Shown here: one piece after another, positions 10,610 through 19,702 of the stretch
Numbering within the stretch: the stretch's first letter is position 1
Layout: every line of letters starts with the position of its first letter
Origin: Deltaproteobacteria bacterium
GTDB lineage: Bacteria > Myxococcota > XYA12-FULL-58-9 > JAFGEK01
DNA length: 64,000 nucleotides
Reading direction: 5' to 3'
Assembly: GCA_016931625.1 (NCBI GenBank)
Contig: JAFGEK010000219.1
Location: forward strand, 24,124 to 88,123
Notes under the pieces: generated by a model
The model's input: only the letters and a program-made list of their open reading frames with translations
What the model was told of the DNA's origin: nothing
Databases searched by the model: none
Made by a program: the position numbers and the translations under genes

Positions 10610-11431
10610 GTGACTAATTTCTTTTTATATTTTTTAACTTGGTATTTTGCCGCCACCCCGGTGACCAATCAAAATGTCACGACTTTGGCAGCTAATAATG
10701 CACGTAATAATAAGTCAACCAACTTTTTAGTAGTATTGGATGCTGGTCACGGCGGCAATCAAAGTGGTGCCCGTGGTGTATGCGGCGCTTATGAAAAAGA
10801 TGTAGTTTTAAACATAGTTTTAGAACTTAACAAATTACTAATGGCAAGTGGACGAGTTCGTACTAAACTGACACGTAATAAAGATATAAGACTAAGCCTT
10901 GAAGAACGTGTGCAAATAGCCAATCATGAAAAGGCTAATTTGTTTATTTCGGTGCATGCTAATGCTGCTCCAGGTGTTACTTCACATGGAGTAGAAACTT
11001 TTTTTGTATCACAGCGCGCTTCTGATAAACGCATTGCAAAATTAGCCCTTATTGAAAATGAAGGTAGGCGTGACTTCACAACTGCTGAAAACACCTTAGG
11101 GCTTATTCTCGATAGCTTGCGTCTGCATGCAGCACATACTGAAAGTCAACGTTTTGCCGCGTTAGTGCAACAAAGTGTCTGTTCACGCCTTAAACAACCT
11201 AATCGTGGCGTACTTCAAGCCCCTTTTTATGTTTTACGATTTGTAAATATGGCTTCAGTATTAGTTGAAGTTGGCTTTTTAAGTAATCCTAGCGAATGCC
11301 TTCGCCTAAATACGCCCAACTATCAACGCAAAATTGCTCAAGCATTAGCTGCTGCTATTTTAACTCATGTTTTCACAACTGAAGACACTAAATTAGCATC
11401 GATAATGACAAAAAATGACTCCCAAAAGTAA
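10610..11431 (+). CDS. N-acetylmuramoyl-L-alanine amidase (Amidase_3, AmiC-like)
   Basis: VVLDAGHGGNQSGA and FISVHANA zinc-ligand motifs. GTG start, with the N-terminus hydrophobic. Confidence 0.85.
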   Translation: MTNFFLYFLTWYFAATPVTNQNVTTLAANNARNNKSTNFLVVLDAGHGGNQSGARGVCGAYEKDVVLNIVLELNKLLMASGRVRTKLTRNKDIRLSLEERVQIANHEKANLFISVHANAAPGVTSHGVETFFVSQRASDKRIAKLALIENEGRRDFTTAENTLGLILDSLRLHAAHTESQRFAALVQQSVCSRLKQPNRGVLQAPFYVLRFVNMASVLVEVGFLSNPSECLRLNTPNYQRKIAQALAAAILTHVFTTEDTKLASIMTKNDSQK

Positions 11432-11543
11432 GTACTCAAAAATTTTTTTATTTCTCTTAATCACTTGTTAATTCCATCACCATAGGCTAAAGCAGCACCA
11501 TGTAGGAAAGAGACTTACAGGTCTTTTATGGAGTATGTAAAAA

Positions 11544-12224
11544 ATGCATCTATCCGTCCTAGAGGCGGCGCACGTATTAAAAATCCCTGAAAACCATGTC
11601 TATCGCCTAATCGAAGAGGGACAGCTTCCGTGCTACTGGGTAAATGATCAAGCACGGCTGAATCGTACTGAGTTGCTTGAATGGGCCACGGCTCGTCGTA
11701 TGTTTATATCTACCGAACTTTTTAACGATAGTGATAAACAAACCCAACAACTACCAATGTTAACTGATGCCCTCATGCTTGGTGGTATTCACTACCAAAT
11801 AACCGGTAGCGATCGTGAATCTGTCTTACACTCAGTAGTATCCATCTTACAATTACCTGAAGATGTTGATCGTGAAATGTTGTTACAAATTCTTCTTGCT
11901 CGCGAATCCGCAGGATCAACCGCTGTTGGCGACGGTATCGCCATACCGCATGTACGCCAACCCATAGCTGTCAATGGTGATGGTTTAACTTCAATGGCTC
12001 TATGTTTTTTGGCCTCACCAATACAGATGGGAAACAAACCCGTCGAAAAAGTGCATACATTATTCGTCATGGTCACGCCCAATGTTCGACGTCACTTGCA
12101 ACTATTAGCACGTTTAGCCACAGCTTTACGTGATGAACAATTTAAAGCTTGTGTGCTTGCCCGCCATGACCCACAATCCATCTTGCAACATACCCGCCGT
12201 CTCGATGCGATAATTACATCTTAA
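11544..12224 (+). CDS. Fusion of an excisionase/MerR-type HTH with a PTS EIIA(Ntr)-type (PTS_EIIA_2) domain; putative regulator
   Basis: The N-terminus LSVLEAAHVLKIPENHVYRLIEEGQLPCYWVN is an excisionase-family HTH. The C-terminal EIIA-2 region has GDGIAIPHVR (phosphorylatable His context). It ends 32 bp before the complex operon. Confidence 0.75.
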   Translation: MHLSVLEAAHVLKIPENHVYRLIEEGQLPCYWVNDQARLNRTELLEWATARRMFISTELFNDSDKQTQQLPMLTDALMLGGIHYQITGSDRESVLHSVVSILQLPEDVDREMLLQILLARESAGSTAVGDGIAIPHVRQPIAVNGDGLTSMALCFLASPIQMGNKPVEKVHTLFVMVTPNVRRHLQLLARLATALRDEQFKACVLARHDPQSILQHTRRLDAIITS

Positions 12225-12256
12225 TTACAAACTTTTTCCAAACTAAGGATACACGC

Positions 12257-14296
12257 ATGCTCGAGAACCTAGTCATTGGTAGCATTTTGCTAACTGCCAT
12301 CAGCGGTATTCCTGGGTTATTTTTTAACAAACAAAACACCATAGGCGAGCGTCTTGCAAATGCCTTAATTATCTTTGGCTCATTATTAGGCATTAGTGCC
12401 GCAGTGTTAGTATTTTTTCCGGTATCGTTTGATAATAGTTTTAATATATCTTGGCCTTGGCTTACTCATTGCAGTGCTGTTTGGCTGCACCTCGATGCTC
12501 TCACCGCAATTTTTCTTCTGCCCATATGTTTAATCGCTGCACTGGGATCAATATATGCCCGTAGTTATTGGCCGCAACAACAGCACCTGCGTGACGGTCG
12601 TAGACTGCAACTTTTTTATGGTTTGCTTTGTGCCGCGCTTATTCTCATAGTTTGTGCACGTAACACTATTGTCTTCTTGGCCGCTTGGGAAATTATGGCG
12701 TTAACCGCTTTTATGGCCTTAACCTCCCAAGATGATAAACAAGTCGTACGTGAAGCTGGTTACGTTTTTTTAGTTGCTGCTCGTTTGAGTACCCTTTGCC
12801 TTTTTGCAATGTTCACACTCTTATTCGTGGCGAGCGGCCAACTTGCATTTGCCGCACCAATAGACAGCAGCAATCAAGCTATTGCTAATACCATCTTTTT
12901 GCTGGGCGTCGCTGGCTTTGGCCTCAAAGCCGGGATAATACCGCTACATGTTTGGTTACCTGAAGCCCATGCTCGTGCCCCTAGTCATTTGTCAGCATTA
13001 TTTTCAGGGGTTTTAATTAAAGTTGGTATTTACGGGTTAGTACGCCTTGGTTCACTTTTTGCGCACCCGCCAATTTGGTGGGGTGCGCTTTTACTTGCTT
13101 TAGGAATGATTTCGGGTGTGCTTGGCGTTGCCTTTGCTATTGGTCAACACGACCTCAAACGTTTGCTTGCTTATCATAGCATTGAAAATATTGGCATCAT
13201 TTGCATGGGTCTTGGTTTAGCCTTTATCGGGCGTTCGCTTGATTCTCCGGTGCTTCTCGTTCTTGGTATTGCTGGCGCATTATTACATGTTTTAAACCAC
13301 AGTATGTTTAAAGCGCTGCTTTTTTTTGCTGCAGGTTCAGTGCTTCATCGTACTGGCACACGCAATATGGATCAACTCGGTGGGCTAACTCGACGTATGC
13401 CCTATACTGCAATTGCTTTTATCATCGGAGCTATAGCAATTTGTGGCTTACCACCACTAAACGGCTTAGTTAGCGAATTTTTAATCTATCTTGGCCTATT
13501 TCGTACTGTTGCATCACCGGCAACAACACTTTGGGCAGTTGGTGCCTGTGGAGCGCCCATTTTAGCACTAATTGGTGCTTTAGCGCTTGCTTGTTTTGTT
13601 AAAGCTTTTGGTACAGTATTTCTCGGAGAAGCACGCTCAAAATCTGCGCTTAATGCGCATGAAGCCGATAAAATCATGCTTTGGCCTATGGCAATCTTAG
13701 CTATAGGATGTATTTTTGTTGGTTTATTTCCACCGCTTATGGCCCCAATATTCAATGTAACCGCTACAATTTTTGCACCTGAATTAAAACATTCTATACC
13801 TGATTTAGCTGCACTTGCACCTCTCTCATGGCTACAGCTATTAGCCGTAATATTATGGGTTTTACTCGTAGGTGCTTTTATCACGCTGCGCCTTTTCACT
13901 CGTACCAAACAGACAATAGCCACCTCGACTAATAACCCAGCCATTGCTTCACTCTTGACTACTGTACCTACCTGGGATTGCGGCTATGCGGCACCAAGTG
14001 CGCGTATGCAGTATACCAGTTCATCATTAGCAAAAACTATCGTAGGCTTTTTTAAATGGGCTTTATGGCCAAAAGAACATTTACCTCATGTTCATGGCGT
14101 TTTTGCACGTCCGAGTTCATTTCATAGCGATATCCCTGATACTATTTTAATACGTTTTATTACGCCAACACTGCGTCGTCTGGCTCGCTGTTCTCGACAT
14201 TTACGATGGATTCAGTCAGGAAGTTCGCAAGCATATATACTTGGTATATTAATAGCACTTATCGTTTTTGCTTGCATAGCATTGATTAGGCATTAA
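12257..14296 (+). CDS. HyfB/NuoL-like proton-pumping antiporter-type membrane subunit
   Basis: 679 aa and polytopic. It carries Mrp/NuoL-family motifs (WEIMALTAF, GLKAGIIPLHVWLPEAHA.AP, LLAYHSIENIG). Confidence 0.9.
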   Translation: MLENLVIGSILLTAISGIPGLFFNKQNTIGERLANALIIFGSLLGISAAVLVFFPVSFDNSFNISWPWLTHCSAVWLHLDALTAIFLLPICLIAALGSIYARSYWPQQQHLRDGRRLQLFYGLLCAALILIVCARNTIVFLAAWEIMALTAFMALTSQDDKQVVREAGYVFLVAARLSTLCLFAMFTLLFVASGQLAFAAPIDSSNQAIANTIFLLGVAGFGLKAGIIPLHVWLPEAHARAPSHLSALFSGVLIKVGIYGLVRLGSLFAHPPIWWGALLLALGMISGVLGVAFAIGQHDLKRLLAYHSIENIGIICMGLGLAFIGRSLDSPVLLVLGIAGALLHVLNHSMFKALLFFAAGSVLHRTGTRNMDQLGGLTRRMPYTAIAFIIGAIAICGLPPLNGLVSEFLIYLGLFRTVASPATTLWAVGACGAPILALIGALALACFVKAFGTVFLGEARSKSALNAHEADKIMLWPMAILAIGCIFVGLFPPLMAPIFNVTATIFAPELKHSIPDLAALAPLSWLQLLAVILWVLLVGAFITLRLFTRTKQTIATSTNNPAIASLLTTVPTWDCGYAAPSARMQYTSSSLAKTIVGFFKWALWPKEHLPHVHGVFARPSSFHSDIPDTILIRFITPTLRRLARCSRHLRWIQSGSSQAYILGILIALIVFACIALIRH

Positions 14297-14312
14297 GCCC
14301 GAGGACATTGTC

Positions 14313-15224
14313 GTGACTCTTATTAATATTGCCATTCACACAACGCTTATATTGAGTATGCCTTTGCTATTGCTTGGTGTCATTGGTAAAACCAAGGCGG
14401 CTTTTGCTGGCTGCAACGGACCACCCCTCTGGCAACCCTACTTCGATGTAATCAAACTTTTACGCAAAGATTCTATATTTAGTAATTCCACTACCTGGGT
14501 CTTTCGTGCTGGTCCGGTGGTAAGCTTAGTTACGGCGCTGCTAGCATTGTCATTGGTACCACTTGGCGGCCATCCTGCCCTTATTTCTTTTGCCGGAGAT
14601 TTTGTACTCTTCGCCTATCTTTTAGGCTTAGGTCGTTTTTTTACCATCGCTGCTGCCCTTGATACCGGCTCAGCCTTTGAAGGTATGGGCTCTGCACGTG
14701 AAGCCGCTTTTTCTTGTCTGACTGAACCCGCACTATTCTTAGGACTTGTGGTCTTAGTACGCATCTCTTCATCACTATCATTGTCGCACATGCTTGGCAG
14801 TTATTTAAATAATGCCTGGCATCAATATGGAGCTTCGTTAGTGCTAGTGGTAGTCAGCCTGTTTATTATTCTGTTAGCTGAAAACTCGCGTATTCCGTTT
14901 GATGACCCTAATACACATTTAGAATTAACTATGATTCATGAGGTCATGGTACTTGATCACAGTGGCCCCGCGCTTGGCTTCATCCAATATGGTGCGGCAT
15001 TAAAGCTTTTTGTAATGGCAGCAATAATCGTACGCCTAATTATACCCTTTAATACAGGTATATTTAGTAGCTGGGGTATTTTCATTGTCAGCATGATAGG
15101 ACTTGCAATTGGTATCGGTGTTATCGAATCAATAATGGCCCGGCTACGTCTCACTCAAGTCCCCATATTATTAATTGCCGCATGTCTGTTATCTGCATTC
15201 GGTATTATCTTAATGGCAAGGTAA
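14313..15224 (+). CDS. HyfC/HycD/NuoH-like membrane subunit
   Basis: 303 aa and polytopic. NuoH-like ENSRIPFD and E.EL motif region (AENSRIPFDDPNTHLELTMIHE). GTG start. Confidence 0.85.
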   Translation: MTLINIAIHTTLILSMPLLLLGVIGKTKAAFAGCNGPPLWQPYFDVIKLLRKDSIFSNSTTWVFRAGPVVSLVTALLALSLVPLGGHPALISFAGDFVLFAYLLGLGRFFTIAAALDTGSAFEGMGSAREAAFSCLTEPALFLGLVVLVRISSSLSLSHMLGSYLNNAWHQYGASLVLVVVSLFIILLAENSRIPFDDPNTHLELTMIHEVMVLDHSGPALGFIQYGAALKLFVMAAIIVRLIIPFNTGIFSSWGIFIVSMIGLAIGIGVIESIMARLRLTQVPILLIAACLLSAFGIILMAR

Positions 15225-15232
15225 AACTATAA

Positions 15233-15874
15233 ATGAATAGCATGGTCGATGCTCTAATCGTTGTTGTGCTTCTGCTTAATTTTTTTCTGCTTGGCACTAG
15301 CCGTTTGCGTGCTGTTATCAACGCTTCGGCAGCTCAAGGTGTCTTGTTGGGCATACTTATGTTTTTTATGCACGTAGACTTTGGTATTAAAGCCGTGCTT
15401 ATCATAGCCGCTACGATTATTCTTAAAGGTGTGTTTATTCCTAGTATGTTAGTACGAGCTATGCGTGATGCTGCTATTCGTCGTGAAATCGAGCCGATTA
15501 TTGGTTTTTTACCATCATTATTGTTAGGTGCTCTTGGTACCGGTGCTTCACTATTATTTGCTAAAACCCTGCCACTAGCACCACAACATGAAGGCTCGCT
15601 TTTAGTACCTGCATCGCTAGCTACTGTATTCACGGGTTTTATAATTCTTACCACACGTCGCAAAGCCATCAGTCAAACTGTGGGCTATCTTGTACTTGAA
15701 AATGGTATTTTCATTATGGGCTTAACCCTTATCTTGGCTATGCCTTTTATGATTGAGATGGGTGTTTTGCTCGACCTCTTTGTCTGTATCTTCATTATGG
15801 GCATCATCATAAACCACATTAATCGTGAATTTTCATCGTTAGATACAGCGCGCCTAAGCACGCTTAAGGAGTAA
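15233..15874 (+). CDS. HyfE-like small membrane subunit (NuoK-related)
   Basis: 213 aa and polytopic. The position and size match HyfE of hydrogenase-4-type operons. Confidence 0.75.
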   Translation: MNSMVDALIVVVLLLNFFLLGTSRLRAVINASAAQGVLLGILMFFMHVDFGIKAVLIIAATIILKGVFIPSMLVRAMRDAAIRREIEPIIGFLPSLLLGALGTGASLLFAKTLPLAPQHEGSLLVPASLATVFTGFIILTTRRKAISQTVGYLVLENGIFIMGLTLILAMPFMIEMGVLLDLFVCIFIMGIIINHINREFSSLDTARLSTLKE

Positions 15875-15877
15875 AAA

Positions 15878-17311
15878 ATGCTGTTGGCGCTTATCATCGC
15901 ACCTTTGAGCTTCGCTGTAATTACATTCTTTATACCGCATCAACGTTTACGCGCTATTATGCTACCAATTGGTGGTAGCGCGCATCTTATTTTGGTGACA
16001 ATTACATTAATATCTCCGCAAATTGCCAAACCCTCACCTTGGCTTGCCATTGATCCCCTCAACCGTTTAGTTTTAGGTTTATTAAGTTTTTTATTTTTTA
16101 TCTGTTCGCTATACACTCCCGGCTATTTGCGCCTACGCGCTAATCGGCCCAATCGCGTTTTTTGTAGTGCTTTATTCGCCTTTTTGGCCACTATGAGCTT
16201 AGCAGTTTTGGCGCAACATTTAGGATTAATGTGGGTAGCAATCGAAGCCTGTACTTTAAGTCTAGCACCTCTAATATATTTTAATCATAATCCGCGTTCT
16301 ATTGAAGCTACCTGGAAATATTTACTTATAGGCTCTGTTGGTATTGCATTAGCTTTGCTCGGTTCATTTTTTCTATCTTATGCTGCCCTTGCTACCGGCA
16401 AACCTGTGTCGCTTTTCTTTAACGAGCTAGTAAGCGATGGTGTTCACTTATCACGCCCATGGTTGCGTGCCGCCTTTATTCTCTTATTCGTTGGCTATGG
16501 TACTAAAATGGGTTTGGCGCCTATGCACTCCTGGAAACCTGATGCTTATGGTGAAGCACCCGGTTTAGTAGGTGCCTTGTTAGCTGGTGGCCTAACCAGT
16601 TGTGCGTTTTTAGCTGTACTTAGGTTTTTTCGCATTTGCCTAGCCGCTGGCGAAACTGCCTTTGCACAACAAATCATGATCATAAGCGGCCTTGCCTCAA
16701 TGGCGATTGCCGGTATCTTTATGATTGGACAGCGTGACTTCAAACGCTTGCTTGCCTATTCGAGTGTCGAACATATGGGTATTTTGGTATTGGGTGTTGG
16801 TATCGGAGGGCTTGCAACCTTTGGCTCGTTATTACACTTGATTAACAACGGGCTTACTAAAGCAGTGCTCTTTCTAGCTGCAGGCAATATCCATCGCGCT
16901 TATCAAAGCAAGCTTGTCAATGAAGTAAGTGGTGCTATGCGTCGCTTACCTATAAGCGGCGCTTTATTATTAGCAGGTTTTTTTGCTATTACCGGCTCTC
17001 CGCCTTTTGGTCCTTTTATTAGTGAACTTACTATATTACGAGCCGCAATTGCCAATAATCAGATCCTCATCACCGTTCTCTTCTTGCTGTTTCTTCTGGT
17101 GGTGTTTATGGGTATGGGCACCCAAATACTCGCAGTCGTACAAGGCGAACCATCAAGAGCGGCTACTAATACCAATATAAAAGACCATTTCTTAACTGTA
17201 GCACCAATAATTATTTGTTGTGCTTTGGTGTTATTACTTGGAATTTATCTACCTACACCACTAGTTAATGCATTACAGGTAGCTGCGAATTTTCTTGAGA
17301 AAACCCTATGA
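15878..17311 (+). CDS. HyfF/NuoN/NuoM-like antiporter-type membrane subunit
   Basis: 477 aa. Motifs GTKMGLAPMHSWKPDAYGEAP and LLAYSSVEHMG are typical of Mrp/NuoMN-family subunits. Confidence 0.9.
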   Translation: MLLALIIAPLSFAVITFFIPHQRLRAIMLPIGGSAHLILVTITLISPQIAKPSPWLAIDPLNRLVLGLLSFLFFICSLYTPGYLRLRANRPNRVFCSALFAFLATMSLAVLAQHLGLMWVAIEACTLSLAPLIYFNHNPRSIEATWKYLLIGSVGIALALLGSFFLSYAALATGKPVSLFFNELVSDGVHLSRPWLRAAFILLFVGYGTKMGLAPMHSWKPDAYGEAPGLVGALLAGGLTSCAFLAVLRFFRICLAAGETAFAQQIMIISGLASMAIAGIFMIGQRDFKRLLAYSSVEHMGILVLGVGIGGLATFGSLLHLINNGLTKAVLFLAAGNIHRAYQSKLVNEVSGAMRRLPISGALLLAGFFAITGSPPFGPFISELTILRAAIANNQILITVLFLLFLLVVFMGMGTQILAVVQGEPSRAATNTNIKDHFLTVAPIIICCALVLLLGIYLPTPLVNALQVAANFLEKTL

Positions 17312-18825
17312 TCACGAGTTCATTCTTATCATTACATAACGCGCGTGCAGTACCTTTAGCGCATATACCACTTTTAACGTTACTAGAGTTACAGCAAGCT
17401 ATAGTAACGGCAGCAAATCGCAATCGCCGTGTTGTTTGTCTTTTTACCACTTATATTGATAATACTCTTGAACTCTGGGTAATACTTGCATCTGATATCG
17501 ATGGTATTCTCGAAGTGGCGCGAGCCCCTTTAAGCGATGATGGGTTTGCTTCTATTGCTACCCAATGTCCTGAAATACAATTATTCGAACGTGAAATTGC
17601 CGAACAGTATGGGCTTAATATTATAGGACATCCCTTACCAAAACCGGTACGCTTTCATACCTCATGGCGTGAAGGTCATGTAGCTTGGGGGCATACAACC
17701 TCTGCGAACATCGGAGTTATGGACTACTACCAGGTTGACGGCCATGAAGTCCACGAGGTAGCTGTCGGACCGGTTCATGCTGGCGTAATTGAACCTGGAC
17801 ATTTTCGTTTTCAATGTCATGGTGAACAAGTATTTCACCTAGAAATTTCATTAGGCTACCAACATCGTGGTATTGAGCAAGCTCTACTGCAAGGGCCAAA
17901 TCTGCGCTCTATTCATTATATGGAAACCTTAGCTGGTGATACATCCATCGGTCATACTAACGCTTATTGCCAGGCGGTAGAAAGTTTAAGCGGGTCTAGT
18001 ATTTCAGCACGTGCCCATGTCTTACGGGCGATTGCACTTGAGCTTGAACGCTTAGCAAACCATACCGGTGACCTTGGTGCTTTAGCTCATGATGTTGGCT
18101 ATTTACCAACAGCATCATATTGTGGTCGTTTGCGTGGTGACTTTTTAAACCTAACTGCATTACTATGTGGTAGTCGTTTTGGGCGTGGTATAGTACGACC
18201 AGGTGGTGTTACTTTTGATCTTGAACCCATCCGCGCTGTTGAATTTATAACTCGTCTTGATGCTATTTACCGTGATGTAAAAGAAGCCGTGCGACTGTTA
18301 TGGACTACCACCTCAGTACAAGCACGCTTTGAAGATACCGGTCGCTTAAGTACAGACTTAGCTCGTAATCTTGGTTTAGTAGGCTTAGCTGCACGCGCTT
18401 GTGGCCTGCAACGTGACGTACGTAAAAATCACCCCGCTGGTATTTATCAATTTGTACACATACCAATATCAACTTGGCATAGTGGCGATGTTTTTGCACG
18501 TGCCTTTCTACGTTGGCTTGAAATTGAACGTGCCGTAAAATTTATTCGTGATCAAGTCCATGAACTTCCGCATGGCGACATCCAAATCACACCTGCGCCT
18601 TTGCAATCTAAGCATCTTTGCGTTTCACTGGTTGAAGGTTGGCGAGGCGAAATTTGCCACGTAGCTATTACTGATGGCCATGGACGCTTTAGCGCTTATA
18701 AAGTTGTAGACCCTTCTTTTCATAATTGGATTGGTCTAGCTATGGCGCTGCGCAATCAACCTATCTCTGATTTTCCGTTATGTAATAAAAGCTTTAACCT
18801 CTCATACTGCGGGCACGACCTGTAA
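17308..18825 (+). CDS. HycE/HyfG-like NuoC-NuoD fusion 'large subunit' lacking the [NiFe] cysteine ligands
   Basis: NuoC-like FEREIAEQYG...GHP, then GPVHAGVIEPGHFRFQCHGEQVFHLEISLGYQHRGIE. The expected RxCGxCxxxH reads ETLAGDTSIGH. The expected C-terminal DPCxxC reads NLSYCG, and the protein ends 3 residues later. Confidence 0.9.
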   Translation: MITSSFLSLHNARAVPLAHIPLLTLLELQQAIVTAANRNRRVVCLFTTYIDNTLELWVILASDIDGILEVARAPLSDDGFASIATQCPEIQLFEREIAEQYGLNIIGHPLPKPVRFHTSWREGHVAWGHTTSANIGVMDYYQVDGHEVHEVAVGPVHAGVIEPGHFRFQCHGEQVFHLEISLGYQHRGIEQALLQGPNLRSIHYMETLAGDTSIGHTNAYCQAVESLSGSSISARAHVLRAIALELERLANHTGDLGALAHDVGYLPTASYCGRLRGDFLNLTALLCGSRFGRGIVRPGGVTFDLEPIRAVEFITRLDAIYRDVKEAVRLLWTTTSVQARFEDTGRLSTDLARNLGLVGLAARACGLQRDVRKNHPAGIYQFVHIPISTWHSGDVFARAFLRWLEIERAVKFIRDQVHELPHGDIQITPAPLQSKHLCVSLVEGWRGEICHVAITDGHGRFSAYKVVDPSFHNWIGLAMALRNQPISDFPLCNKSFNLSYCGHDL

Positions 18826-18852
18826 AAAAAAAATCTAAGGAGCCTTAAACCA

Positions 18853-19647
18853 ATGCTTAATGTTTTGTTAACCCGCTTACGCCAAGGTCATCGTACTGCA
18901 TCCTATCCTAAAAGCGAACCTATATTGCCTGATCGCTTTCGTGGCCTGCTGCAAATTGATGCTAATAAATGTCTGACGCTACGAAACCCACAAAAGCAAA
19001 ACGATTGTGTTAAGTGTGCAACCATCTGCCCTACTAATGCAATCAGAGTTATTGCAGAACAAGGACCGCAGATAGATCTTGGCAAATGTATTTTCTGTGG
19101 TGATTGCGTTCATGCTTGCCCCACCCAAGCTGTCACTCATAGCTCTATTTACCCTATGTCTACACGGCAACGTAGCGATCTCAATATATCACATAACAAA
19201 ACTTTAGCTTTAGCAAAGCCACTGGCACATGAATTACGCCGTATATTTAAGAGATCTTTGCACTTACGCCAAGTCAGCGCCGGTGGTTGTAATGCCTGTG
19301 AATCTGACATTAACGTGCTTAGCACCTTAACCTTTGACCTTGGGCGTTTTGGCATTAAAATGGTAGCCTCGCCTCGTCATGCCGATGGCTTAATCATTAC
19401 AGGCCCGGTCACCGAAAATATGAAACTAGCTCTTGAAAAAACTTATGCCGCCGTAGCTAACCCAAAAATAGTAATCGCCGTTGGCGCCTGCGCTATCTCA
19501 GGTGGCTTATTTGCAGGCCACACTCAAACTCATAACGGAATCGATAATCTATTACCAGTAGATTTATATATTCCGGGTTGTCCGCCACATCCATACACCA
19601 TTCTCGATGGTTTGCTACGCTTGCTTGGACGTCTGCCAAAACAATAG
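18853..19647 (+). CDS. Fusion of a HycF-like 2x[4Fe-4S] ferredoxin module with a HycG/NuoB-like small subunit
   Basis: The N-terminal half has C-x11-CVKCATICP and the canonical CIFCGDCVHACP. The C-terminal half has the NuoB/HycG motifs GGCNACE, SPRHADGLIITGPVT, GACAISGG and PGCPP. Confidence 0.9.
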   Translation: MLNVLLTRLRQGHRTASYPKSEPILPDRFRGLLQIDANKCLTLRNPQKQNDCVKCATICPTNAIRVIAEQGPQIDLGKCIFCGDCVHACPTQAVTHSSIYPMSTRQRSDLNISHNKTLALAKPLAHELRRIFKRSLHLRQVSAGGCNACESDINVLSTLTFDLGRFGIKMVASPRHADGLIITGPVTENMKLALEKTYAAVANPKIVIAVGACAISGGLFAGHTQTHNGIDNLLPVDLYIPGCPPHPYTILDGLLRLLGRLPKQ

Positions 19648-19702
19648 ATTTGTTATGTTAGTTTAACTAGCGTTTTTTAGCGTAGATTATTTTATATTAA
19701 AT

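Noticed and set aside
13486-13944. 152-aa minus-strand ORF, and the many other 60-170-aa ORFs antisense to long genes (e.g. 15334-15669, 31023-31394, 51805-52101, 51812-52069, 57798-58310)
   Set aside because: They lie fully inside well-supported genes on the opposite strand and have biased low-complexity composition (Ala/Arg/Ser/Pro-rich). They lack RBSs. Those at 51805-52101 are simply the antisense reading of the 30-bp tandem repeat.
12257-19647. Calling the operon a formate hydrogenlyase / hydrogenase-4 (hyf) [NiFe] hydrogenase
   Set aside because: Subunit order and folds match Hyf/Hyc. However, the large subunit has non-Cys residues at all four canonical NiFe ligand positions and no C-terminal processing peptide. 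No fdhF, hyp or hycI genes are nearby. I therefore describe it as hydrogenase-related (Ehr-like), not as a hydrogenase.
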